From Psilocybe cubensis (taxonomy: Eukaryota), in the NCBI GenBank assembly GCA_017499595.2, contig CM039001.1, positions 1,550,001 through 1,614,000 of the forward strand: a stretch of 64,000 nt of DNA. Reading direction: 5' to 3'. A program made the position numbers and the translations under genes. The notes under the pieces were generated by a model. It worked only from the letters and a program-made list of their open reading frames with translations, was not told the origin of the DNA and made no database searches. This document shows positions 1 through 12,706 of the stretch, piece by piece. Every line of letters begins with the position of its first letter. Position 1 is the first letter of the stretch.

Positions 1-2166
1 ACTATGCCATGGTGGCGTACATATATCGCCGTATTTCAAAAGCACACACCGGATAATGTACTAATACATTGACTTGAAGCTTTTGGCCTGTTGAATCTCC
101 TGAAACACACCGCTACAGACGGAAAGCTTTCTTACCCTCTGCATTTAATTTTGACGGCCAAGCACCCCATTTGAGAGTTTGATAGACTCCGGAAACCCCA
201 TGTTCTCCACAATTTCATTGACGTACGGACTTTTCGTAGGATGTCACCCGATTGATCAAGTATGTGCCCAAGGCTAGACTGGTCGCAGAAGTTTTTTGCA
301 AGGCCGATAACGTGGAAGATGTCCTAAGACTGATTCGTCTCTGGTATCAGCGCCTCTCTCGAACTGCGAGCCAAATCTCCCAAAGTCAAAAGGTTCACGG
401 TCCATTACACAACGGTTCCCTACCAAACCAGTCTACTTTAAAATTGACGCACTTCTTAGCCAGAGAAAGTAACATGTTTGCAGGATTTACATCGGTAGAA
501 GCCGATAGTACTATGAGTTCTCTTTGTGCACGGGGACGGTGTAAATGTCCTCGAAAAAGGCGCCTCGGTAATGGCGTTCTGGGTGTCGTCATTCTGGACC
601 CTGGTTTACGGCCAGAGAGGCGATGTTCCTTTGGGAGATGTTTACAATCTTCGTATAGGGGTACATTTCCGCTTTTCGACGTAGCATGAAATTGGAACTG
701 GCGCCGTCCCGGAGGAGTAGGTATGACTCTTCTGCAATTTCATATGCTGTGCCTCGATGACGCAGTCTCAGCAGGAACGAAGGAGAACCCTGCAATTTGA
801 AATCCCAAAGTGTTCGATTAAGGGTTCAGTTTCTCTGTAGCAAACGAACGGTTCATTTTAGAAGGATAATGGATTGTGAATACAGAACAAATGTGATTGC
901 ACCTCTCTTGCGCAGCACTATGACTGATGATTCTGACACATAAGCGGCAAGGATTATTGGTGCTGAGAACTGCTGGATTACTGATTGAGTCCATCATTGA
1001 TACTCTGCAGAATTGAGGTTATAAAATGGAAGAGAAGGCTGTAAGTAAAGGGGTGGTTAACATTGCATCTTTTTTTGATGTTTTTGGGGGAACTTCAGAA
1101 ACCCGTTTCGATATCCACCATAGCCCAACAGACGAAATGGAAGTGTTTTTCTTCGCACAGATCCAGCACACATCTCACGGTGGCTAATCATGTAGTGTGT
1201 TTGGCGGCCTTTCCAATATGGTATCACCGGCAATCTGTGCCAAATAGTGCGACGAGACTTGCGAGTAGCCGCCGCCACTGCTACCCTATGCGTCTTTACG
1301 TCGATCACTGGATGGCCGGACATTCATGGTATTCATTATCATTCAGATAATGCTCGCGGTATCCTATTTCCACCCCTGTCATAGTTGGTTTTTACCCCTG
1401 CAAGGCAATGAATGTTTCTGTCTTTGACAAAACGGGGGGCAGGCATCTGGCTCGGGATAAAATGACAAAATTGGAAGGTTGACTCATCCAGCGTGCGCAA
1501 AAGAACAAAGAAAATTATTTACCTTCAGGATTTGCGATTGGCAGGCTGAGATTCCTCGAATATCCTTGAGAATTATCGCTTCGAGAATACCAGAGTGATT
1601 TCCTCCATTTCCGTTTCCGTAATGTGAGGACGACCAATGACTCTTCATAAATAGACGAAGCCAAAAACAGCGTGGAAATGCCTGCTACATGCAGGTAAGT
1701 ACTCACGGTGTACATGGGGCGGGCTGTGCATTGAAACACGAGGTTATCATGCACCAAATAGTAATCCTGAGCGATGTCATTAGCTGGGTCTGCTGATAAC
1801 GAGGTTATAGATAAAGAAGGATGGATCCATCTTCACTGTGATTCTTGCACCCCCTGTGGCAAGCATGTTCAAATAGAGACCGGCGCGGTCTCCGGTCCAA
1901 AAAATATGACTTTTAACTCGGCGCTCAGTCGCAAGCTTTAATCGCAGTTGATGACTTGACAATTAATTTCTGCTATGGGCCAAGACTGCTGGAAAAAGAC
2001 GATAGCAATAAGTATCATTGAATAAAATTGTTTGATAACAAAAAATCGTGTGTGAATGTAAAAGGCTTGCAGGTGGATGCTGCTTGCTTCCCTCTTTAAA
2101 GCTATCTAACTTGGGTTTATCCACTCGAAGCCAGTCTATTCTTTCATGGGACACGACTGCATCCTA

Positions 2167-3177
<1,011 letters not shown>

Positions 3178-3336
3178 GGAGTCAATAGGGGCGTGGACGA
3201 TGCCAACAATGGCGGAGCGAAGTGGTTTTCTGAGACCCAAGTTACTGACCAACGGAAGGGCGTGGGTCACGATGTCACAGATGATCCTGGCCAATCACAT
3301 CACTTGAAACTCTAACCGCCTTCCGACCCTACCACC

Positions 3337-3873
3337 ATGTCTGCTTCATCCGCAAAGTCAAAAGCTAAGGCGCCTGCCTTGTCAGATCAGGGTATATCCC
3401 TATCTAGCTCTCGGATTCAGTTTACATGCTGACTTGGATCAGCCAGAGATACAGCAGACTTACGTCCGCCTACAAAATGAGCTCCAGGCATTGGCTCGGA
3501 AAATCGGAGAACTGGAATCAGAAGCAGACGAGCACAGGTACGATGCCTTGGCTCCAACAACCTTCTGTGGCTCACCAACCTGGTTCAGTCTTGTTCTAAC
3601 AACATTAGACGAGGCTCTCGCGGAGGATCCTGACCGGAAATGTTTCCGCCTCATTGGCGGTGTTCTCGTTGAAAGAACAGTCAAGGATGTTAGCCCTGCA
3701 CTTAAAACTAATCGGGATGGGGTACGATACCTGGCCAACCATCCACATCTCAATTCTAATACTGTTTCCAGATTCACAAAGTTATGGCGAATCTAGCAGA
3801 GCAGTACAAGTCGAAAGAAAAGGATCTCGAAGAATTCAAACGCGAATACAATATCCGACCAGTGCAGAAATAA
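3337..3873 (+). CDS. GIM4: Prefoldin subunit 2 (beta-type)
   Basis: ELQALARKIGELESEADEH..LVLTTL...DRKCFRLIGGVLVERTVKDV.PAL is the prefoldin-2 signature. Three GT-AG introns; ends REYNIRPVQK*. Confidence 0.93.
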
Positions 3874-4314
3874 ACCCCGTCGAGTATAGATTTTATTGCT
3901 ATCTGGAGGCTTATTCTCCGCTCGCCTCTCCTGATCTTTCATGAACTATCTTTTTCCCCAAGTACCTACAATTTGTCACGTGTAGAGTTCAGATCTAATC
4001 AAGGTTGGCGTTAGTGTCGCGCCCTTTGAGCAGCACCACAATCAAGTTGGCGATCAATTGAGCACTGAAATAACGGGACGGAACACAGGATATTAGCCTG
4101 TGTGTGATTTTATTGAACTACAGACACGCAGAACAACAGATTGTGTCGCTCTAGACGCGGGCCGCACGGCCTTAGCAACGCCTCGGCGGAGGGACTTTTA
4201 CCGTGCAAATATGTTCAAGTGTAACTGTTCTTTGTCTCCCATTCACTGTCTTCGCTCCTCTGAGGCTTGCAAAGCTCGCCGCTGCCACTCTTTTGCGTTT
4301 TCAATCTTTTCGTT

Positions 4315-4990
4315 ATGTTCTCTGTATCAATTCTTTGTGGCTTTGCCGTCATCCTCTCTTTTGTTCCTGACCTTTACGTACAAGCAATATTCAAGAGAGG
4401 CCACCACCTTCCTCCTACTCATTCCATCGCCAGTCGAAACACTCTCCGTCAGATAGACGCTTTTTTAGATGCGCACAATATTGTACGAGCCGAACACAAT
4501 GCAACTGCACTCAAGTGGTCGTTAGATCTCGCTCAAAAGGCCGAGTCGTGGGTCGATCAGTGTCGATTCGAACACACAAACGGGGTGCTTAGCGAACAGC
4601 CCTATGGCGAAAATATTGCAGCTGGGACTGGCGTATTCCCCATATCAGCTGCAGTCGCGTCATTTGTGGCCGATAAAGGTCTGTGTCAAGCCAACTTTCA
4701 GGCCCTTTTTGCTTATTCAGGCAACTACAGATCAATACGACCCTGCCAACCCCACATACCTGCACTTCACTCAAGTTGTGTGGAAATCCACGACAGAAGT
4801 AGGCTGCGCTGTAAATCAGTGCAGAGGCATCTTCGATCCATCTCTTGGGAGCGCGTCGCTCTATGTTTGCTTGTATAACCCGGTCGGAAATGTTATTGGA
4901 AGCGCATCGTGAGCACCACTGACTCCCCCACATTGATCAAACTTTCAATGCTAACAATAGAACTATGCTAGTAACAATGTTCAAGTGTAA
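4315..4990 (+). CDS. Secreted CAP/PR-1 (SCP) family protein
   Basis: Hydrophobic signal peptide, then LDAHNIVRAEH.A.AL.WS..LA..AE.W, YGENIAAG, HFTQVVWKSTTEVGCA and YVCLYNPVGNVIG. Two introns. Confidence 0.93.
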
Positions 4991-5381
4991 CTATCAAAGG
5001 ACACGGTTCATCTTTTCTCAGACTTTTGCTCATTCTCTGCGACATCGTTGTTTAATCGTCGCCTTCGCAAACTTGCTTGGTGGTCTTGCTGGACACAAGC
5101 ACAGGACCCTTCTTTTTTCTCAACATACGGGGCTCGTCGTCCGGAACTTCGAGCCATAAACACTCTCGCCTCATCATTCCATTTATTGAGGCCATCCAGC
5201 GCCAGAGGCTACCTGCATAATCATTTTTGTTTTGCAAGCTCATATACCCTCTGTATTGTATTAGATCAAACCAATGCTCCCATTCATATTCCTTACAATC
5301 TTCGGACCGAGCAAGCTCTCCAAAACCGCAGTCAAGCCCTTTTGGCTTGCGATTGAAACGCAACTAGTCATTTAGAACAAG

Positions 5382-5574
5382 GTCTCTTTGGAAAAACACA
5401 ATATTGAATCGATCGCACTGAATTATGGGGTATCGCTAACGACGGTGAGTACGACTCTATGTATCGCCCTGGGTCGTCTCCTTGGAAAAACACAATGTAA
5501 ACAGGAATCGATCGCACTGAATTATGGGGTATCGCTAACAACGGTGAGTACGACTCTATGTATCGCCCTGGGTC
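5382..5574. repeat. Near-perfect tandem duplication (94 bp + 99 bp copies)
   Basis: Copies at 5382-5475 and 5476-5574. The 70-bp core gaatcgatcgcactg...gccctgggtc differs at one base. Confidence 0.95.
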
Positions 5575-5594
5575 AACAATTCTGTGCAGTTTTT

Positions 5595-8500
5595 CTACCG
5601 CAGATTTCCCTGGTTTGAATGGTTTGCATAATCTGGGAGTTGGAGGTAAGAACCAGACAACTCCCTGTGAAACGGAACACCTTGAGGAGTACGATAAATA
5701 AAGTCAGTCGGGAATCTCGCAGTCTGAGGTTGGCCCAAGGCTGTCGCATTATCAGGCGGCTGTGGGTTTCCGAATTGATGTTGCCGATGCTGTGTGCGAT
5801 ATGCTGCATTGTGTTGATGGCGGTGCATTGAACCTTGGTTCTCACTGGGGCCTGTTGGGAAAACGTACATCATTCCCTGTCTCCCCACATTCGTCCCATA
5901 CGCATGGCTTCGAGGAATAGGACCTGTCCTGTTAATGCGCTGCTCTGAGTTGGTCAACCGATTTTGAAAGAGTGTATCCGCATTACTTGCGTAGCCAATC
6001 GTATCAATTGTCGCTCGCCGTGAGTATAACTGAGCAGTTGGAAGACTGGTGTGGGTCATGCCGCTCGTATGAAATGTGTTTTGAGACGGTGATGGAGCGG
6101 TCATAATATCGGGACAGACGGAGCGATCACCCTGCCCCAAGTCTGAGCCATATAAAGCCTGCTGAAGCAAAAGTGGTCCTGGTGCTGGAGTTGCTGCATG
6201 GTCTTTCGATGCATTTCTTTTCGTTGCCACCGGAATATTTGACTGGAACGAACGTCTGTAGCCGTGTTGTCCTTCTACGGGTATCCTGCCCGATTCCGGA
6301 AGCGAACCAGATCGTCTCTGAGGTAAATTGACTCTCACAGTCGGAGCTCCGTCATTGCCTGCTAAAGGTTCGTTTGAGGGTCCGTGCTGCGATTTTGTGG
6401 CAGCCCTGAAGGCGTTATTGGACCCAACAGGTAGAAATCTAACCGCCATTTTCTCTTCGCCTTTAGATGACTCGGACGTGAGCCTTGCTATTGAATGTTT
6501 TGACCTGCCAGCTTCAGTCCCACCTAACAGTAACGGTTGCCCAACACTGGTATATACTTCTTTCGCTGTGATCTGAGAAAAGGGCTCTGCTGGTAACACA
6601 GTTGAAAACTGACTAGAATTTGGAAATTCACCAAAACGCCATTCGTCATGCGTTTTTATAGTGGTTTCAGTAATACTATTGGCGTTTGTTTGTACAGGTC
6701 GAAGGGTAGTTTTCGAAGGTTCGGCCTCGCTTTGCGAATTTCCAGTGGGGACTGGAAGGCCTTCTTTTATCCCAGCAGGCAAATGTTTGTCGAGAGGATG
6801 AGTTGACTGCCGAGTGAGTCCATTGATCGAAGATTGGAATAAGCCAATCCTGTTACTTTCTTCCTCAGAAGACCGAGAGATGGAGGGTCGTTGGTCTACC
6901 GCGTAAAGCTGGTAAATAACAGATATAGTTCATAAGTAATATCATGAACTTACTGTTAGTGGATTTAGGTCCAGGTTTCTTAACAGGCTCATGCGGGTTG
7001 CACTCCTTTTTACCTCCCACAAGTTCACGTTTGAAGGATCGTGAAGGGATGTACCTCCTAGTTTCATCTTTGATCATGCTTTGATTTGCGCTTGGTTCCT
7101 TCAGACGCCCCGTGATGTTCTTGGAAGGTACTTGAGATAGAGAAACAACGTTTGGTTTGTGCTTAGGCCCTGACGATGTAAAGGTGTCGGTTCTCAGACT
7201 GTTATCTGGTCCCACTGTTGGTCGAGAGTTCATAAGGGAGAAACTCTGTCCGGATATGCTCTCCACATGGGTGTCTAAACATGACAGTGGATGTTGGGCG
7301 GCTTCGTCGCCCTTGGGGGTGTTATCATAAGGAACCACAGCCGAATCTGGGGCTCGCGAAGGGGACTTTTTCTTGCGACTTGTACCTCCGTTTGTGGAAA
7401 CAAAACTACCGGGTAACTCAGAGTCTTTTAGATGTTCTCGTTCGGTTTTTGGCGGCATCTTCTGTGCACCAAGCAAATTCTTTTTAGAAGACTGTGGCAT
7501 GGGCTTCTGAGACCCAGATTCAGGTTTAATGTTCCTTCCACGACGAGGCGCACGTTTACGCCGTTTTTTATTGGATTCAGCCTCGTGCTTAGGGGAGGTT
7601 TCCGGTGCTAAAGCCCAGTTAGGTTTCTCTGCGGTGTGTCTTGGAGGAGAAGGAACTTCAATAGGAATAGACGTGGCCATGTGAGTAGTTCGAGCGGATG
7701 ACGTGATATCACTAGCACTTGTGTGTTCCACTCGTGCCTCCAATATATCGTCAGCCATGGCACAGGTATTAATGGAATTTGTTGATGCAGTGAAGAGCTC
7801 GAGTCCTACTGGGGCCGAAGTGATATTGCTTTCCGGGACCAATGTTCTATGAGATTTGTCCAGGGGAATCGTCCTGATTGATTCAGTGCCAGTCGCCAAA
7901 AAAAAGTTCTCCGAAGACACTGACAAGCCACTCCGGTTTTCCTGTGCGTCTATGGACTCGCTCTGAGTGGCGGCAGACTCGAACGTAGTACATGAATCTC
8001 CTGGCGTGTTTGAAGATATTTTGTCGGGTAGAGAATTCGCTGGATCTTTAAAGACATCGTCCGATGTGTTGATGGTCTCAGAGATAGTATCCTTGGTTGA
8101 CTCATAGTTTGCAGTGATTATCTGAAATTGCTGGACTTCAGACTCAGAATTCATATCCAGTGGAGACTTCTTAGACGTTGAAGTGCTGTCATCTTCGAAA
8201 GGTTCACTGGGAACCGTGAATGGAATCGCATCGCGTTCTTCTGGCGAATCTAATTTTGAACAGATGGCTGGGTTTGGGGTAGCCTCAGACTGGCATAAAG
8301 GTCGAACAAGCGCCGATGACAACTCCGTGGATGATTCTGCTGGTAGCCCGGACGAGTCGTATTTTGCACTAGACTCGGCTTGCCCTGAATCACCAGTTAA
8401 CATAGCAAATAGAAATTTTTCTGGAGTCGCCAGGTCTTGCGTATAATTATTTTTCAATTCATACGATTCTGCCTGATACCGGGATCAGTAAGAAAATATA

Positions 8501-9446
8501 AAAAGACGCTGAAAGTGGCTACATATTCCTTGAGCTCAGAAGCAGTGGCGTCGTCAAATGGAGGAGATGTTTGATGGTTTTCCATGAGGATATTTTCTGA
8601 GCTCTCTTCATCAAGGTCGAGATTTCGCAAAAGAGATGCTATTGAATCAATTTCCTCTGAAACAGAGTCATGATGAGCTATCTTGGTCGAGTTCGGTGAA
8701 GTTAGCTCGGTTTTTGAAGTCTGTGCGTTGGATTGTGCCCGAATTTGCAATCCATTTGTTTTGCCCACTTGGGGGTCGACGGGGTCCAGGGATGACAACT
8801 AAAGGAATATTCACTTGTCTGAGTAAAAGAATCACAAATATATGCGCACGTTTAACTGCGAAGTTCTCCCGCCGTCCCCAAAATCTGAGTTGGAGATGTC
8901 CGGAGTAAGGAAAGTATCTGAAATATCACTGGGAACTGGGCTCAAGTCTTCTAAGATCTCGAAAGAAGCTGGGATTGCTGATTCCGAAAGAGGGAAGGAA
9001 TCGTCAGCGGTGTTGTCGATGGAAATCTCAGTATCTTCCACGGCTTCTATGATAGTACTAGCAATTTCTATAGTGGCGTTATTGGTTTGCTATAATTTCT
9101 GTCAGTATAGGGATATCCCACTCGAGGCCATAGAAACTGACGCACTTGTAATAAAGGCGGCGCTGTTATCTCAGCGGCGTCACCGTAGGGTAGCATGGTC
9201 TGTAAGATGAAACACCTTAAGAAGTCGCCGTAGGCAGAGAAAGTGAAAATTTACTTGACGATCGCAAACTAAAGTCAAACTCTGGTTCTAAGGTGTCAAG
9301 CGAGTCAGGTCTCTTGTAAGATTCAGACAAATTATAGAGCCCACCGATGAGTCAGATGAAATGCTTGAATCCTGGTCTGAATTACTTGTATTGGGGTCTT
9401 CGATAGACTTGTCTTCGCGTTCTTGAAGCTCGTTAATGTTTCCCAT
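5595..9446 (-). CDS. Large low-complexity (S/T/P/E-rich) hypothetical protein, multi-exon; start uncertain
   Basis: Long same-strand ORFs (395, 530, 114, 69, 67 aa) separated by intron-sized gaps. The two largest join in frame through two plausible GT-AG introns. Basic NLS-like KKRRKRAPRRGR; no recognisable folded domain. Confidence 0.7.
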
Positions 9447-10252
9447 TGGGGAAGACCCAAAATTTGGGTCGAGGGCGGGGTAATGGGTCAATGAGAGTGG
9501 ATATTGTTTGGTTTAGAAGCGAGATGCTTTTGACCTTTGGCAAGTACAACGTGACATAGTCCACGGCACCTACAAGGTCAACAAGTGGTGTACAGGTCTG
9601 AGATCATTATGCACAAGAATACTAACAAAGCCATAGGTAGGAATCAAAAGCACAAGTAGTCCTTCAGGTTGCAGTATGTTGCGATTCAATCATACCGATT
9701 CACATGAACTCTACTAGGAACGTAGGTCATAATGACATCGATTGTAAAGGTATCAAATTTCCCGATTCCCATCAAGTGAGCAAAGATAAGAAGTATATTA
9801 CAGGAGAATATACTGCCAGTGAGAGATCAGAGCTGAAGGTGTCTGGCGATTCACTTCAATTGAATCCTAACGTGAGAGGCCAGTGAGTTGGACAAGTTTT
9901 TTCAATTAGTATTCTTAGCACAGAATGTGAGGCTGTAGATAAAGGTCTGTTTTTGTCTGGCCTTTCTAGGAGTGATAGCGACGAGAGGATGACGGCGTAG
10001 AATCAAGCGTGAATGTTGGGCGTTGAACGTTGAACCCAGCTGCAGGGTCATAGCATCCATCACATAGGGGCTGCTGTGTTTCCGCTTTTGGTGCCCGCTC
10101 AGACCCACGGTACTTTTGACAGCCTAGATCATGACAATGACTGGCTGGCTTGATATTTGCATTTCCCTTTTGTTACATACCACTCCATTCGTTTTCTCTT
10201 CATATCTAGAAAGGCTGCGCCTTTCAATTTTCAATTTTAAAGTCTAAATACC

Positions 10253-11854
10253 ATGGAATCCAATCATCGCGGTGGTGATGACGGCACTCCCATCTTCGAC
10301 AACCTGGATCTCGACCTCATTATCCAGGTGCTGGCAAACACTGCGTTCAGTACGAAAATTACCTTGCAGCTCAGACACGAAAAACTAATGAAAATTTATC
10401 CATAGGCCCATTCTTTGTAGCTTTAATGCCTGTCTTTTATGTATTTCAGGGGGCGAAAGTCTCTGACGGAATTGTTGTCGGAGGTGTTGTTTACTACCTC
10501 GCCATTTCTTTATTCTGTAAGTACACATTTACTTGTATTGAAAACGGTACCTGTAGCTGATGTCTATTCTAGGGTTCATAAAATGGTATTCGCGACTATA
10601 CCGTAACCAGGGCAGTTTCATCCTTCGTCCCAAGAGACTCGAATGGAGCGACCAGATTGTCGTTGTTACTGGCGGTGCATCCGGGATTGGGGAATTACTC
10701 GCCAATACATTGGCTGTGCGGAATGTCACCGTCGTCGTACTCGATATCAACCCCATTGTAACGGAAAATTGTATGCGTCGTGGTTTTTCTGGACTTCAGT
10801 TGCCTGACCGAAATTACGATAGACAATATCGCATACTACAAATGCGACGTATCTCGATGGGAAGAAGTTGAGGCTGTTTCTAAGAAAATAATTGAAGAGG
10901 TATGGTTGATCAGCTTCGAGAGCTATCACAGGCTAAGTTCAGTCACCTCTGCAGATCGGAGAGCCCACAATCCTGGTCAATAATGCCGGTGTTGTCCAAG
11001 GAAAATCAATTGTCGACCTCAGCCCTGAGGATATTCAACAGTCAGTGGCTTGGGTTCAGTACATAAGAGTCATTAACATGTTTATCAGGACTTTCGGTAC
11101 CAACACACTCTCCCACTTTTGGATCCTCAAAGCTTTCCTACCTGGTTTACTGAAGCGCAAATCTGGACATATTGCAAGTGTTCATGCACCCAAATAGCCT
11201 CTGCTAGCTGATGAACCGAACTTGTCAGATCACCATGTCTTCTGCCATGGGCCTCGTTGGTGCAGCGCAAATGTGTAAGTTGAGTATGTCATGTATATGT
11301 TCTATGTTTTCTCAACTTGCTTTAGCGGACTACTGTGCATCCAAAGCTGCTGTAAAATCATTACATGAATCCTTGCGGTACGAATTAGATAACCGGTGCG
11401 CTTTCCTCCAACTCCTATGAAATACAATCTGAGATATCTTGTAGATATAAATGCCCAGAGATTCGGACAACGCTAGTTTGTCCAGGACATGTTTTGACGC
11501 CCATGTTCAAAACGGTTTCTTTGCCAACATATCTTGGGTTCAGCTTTTTAGCACCTTCAATCCACCCAGTGACATTGGTGAAGAAAGTAATAGCTGCATT
11601 GGATGACCAACATTCCCAAATCATCTTTCTGCCTTTTTACGTCAACTTTGTTCCCTACGTTTCGCATCTTCCTAGCTTTCTTCGGGATGCCTTTCAATGG
11701 GTGAGAGCATTTCTTCCGTGCCGACTGACACTCTTGGAACTGATGGCACGGTTAGATATCCGGTGCAGATTATGCCATGGAAAACTTCGTCAAAATTTCC
11801 GGCCGACGGGAAGACGAAGGCCCTATTCCCGCAGAAATTAAGACAAAGGCGTGA
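10253..11854 (+). CDS. Short-chain dehydrogenase/reductase (RDH/17b-HSD11-like, membrane-anchored)
   Basis: N-terminal TM segments, VVVTGGASGIG, ILVNNAGVV, GTNTLSHFWILKAFLPG, catalytic DYCASKAA. About 9 introns, one GC-AG at 11174-11228. Confidence 0.93.
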
Positions 11855-12706
11855 TTTGTGTTCTACCCACCTACATCGTAGTCTGGGTTTCACCTGTTGT
11901 ATAACCACATGATATGGTTGAATGTTGTTGTTGTCCTAATGTCATGATCCGATCTTTATTCTTGTCTACCTCATGTCATCCTCGAACTTCACTCCAAACC
12001 AATGGGTATTCGCCATGGTGCAGTTGGCGTCAGAAATTGTCATAAAGCTATGGCAGTGACAGTCTTTAGTTAGTTTCCAAGTTAGTCGCTTCGCTTCGGT
12101 CATATGCGGGGGGGCCGCGGCCGTAACTAAACACACTGTGGCCTTCATTCATGATAGGCGTCGAGGTGTATGTTTAAAGTAGGCCATTAACAAGAGTGGA
12201 CAATGGTTTTTGGCCCATTAAGTCGAAGAACAGTTTGGTTTCATTCCAAACATGGCCTCAAACGGCATTTGAGGTAACCGCAACGCCACCAATATATGTA
12301 ACTATAAGTACCAAGGTAGGCTGTATGGGAAAGTTGACGGCGGGGATACAAATATAGCAAAAGCATAGACTGACTCTTGCGGGGTGGCACACAACCCGTT
12401 AATTCTTCTCTACACACAACTTGTACATAAGGACGTTCTCATTTTCCAATCCGTTCACCTTTACCACAAGGTTACTGATTGGTCCAATCCTGCGATACCT
12501 GGAACACCGCAACGGTCGCTTGACGGCGCTCAGGACCAACTTCACCAGCGCTACCGTTGCTCAAGCGCCGCTTATAAGGACCAGCGCACATTCACCCAGT
12601 TCCACTTTGCGTTTTAGTTTCCAATTCCCTCAGCGATTCTTAAAGACCATTCCTAGTCTCTCAGACGGCGCGAGTGTCGACAAAGACGCGTTGCAGACAA
12701 GTATTA

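Noticed and set aside
785..827. GAACCCT...AGGGTTC inverted repeat with GTTCGA, tRNA-like
   Set aside because: It cannot be folded into a cloverleaf; the stem is only 7 bp.
5382..5574. CRISPR-like array
   Set aside because: Eukaryotic context, only two long copies, no unique spacers and no cas genes.
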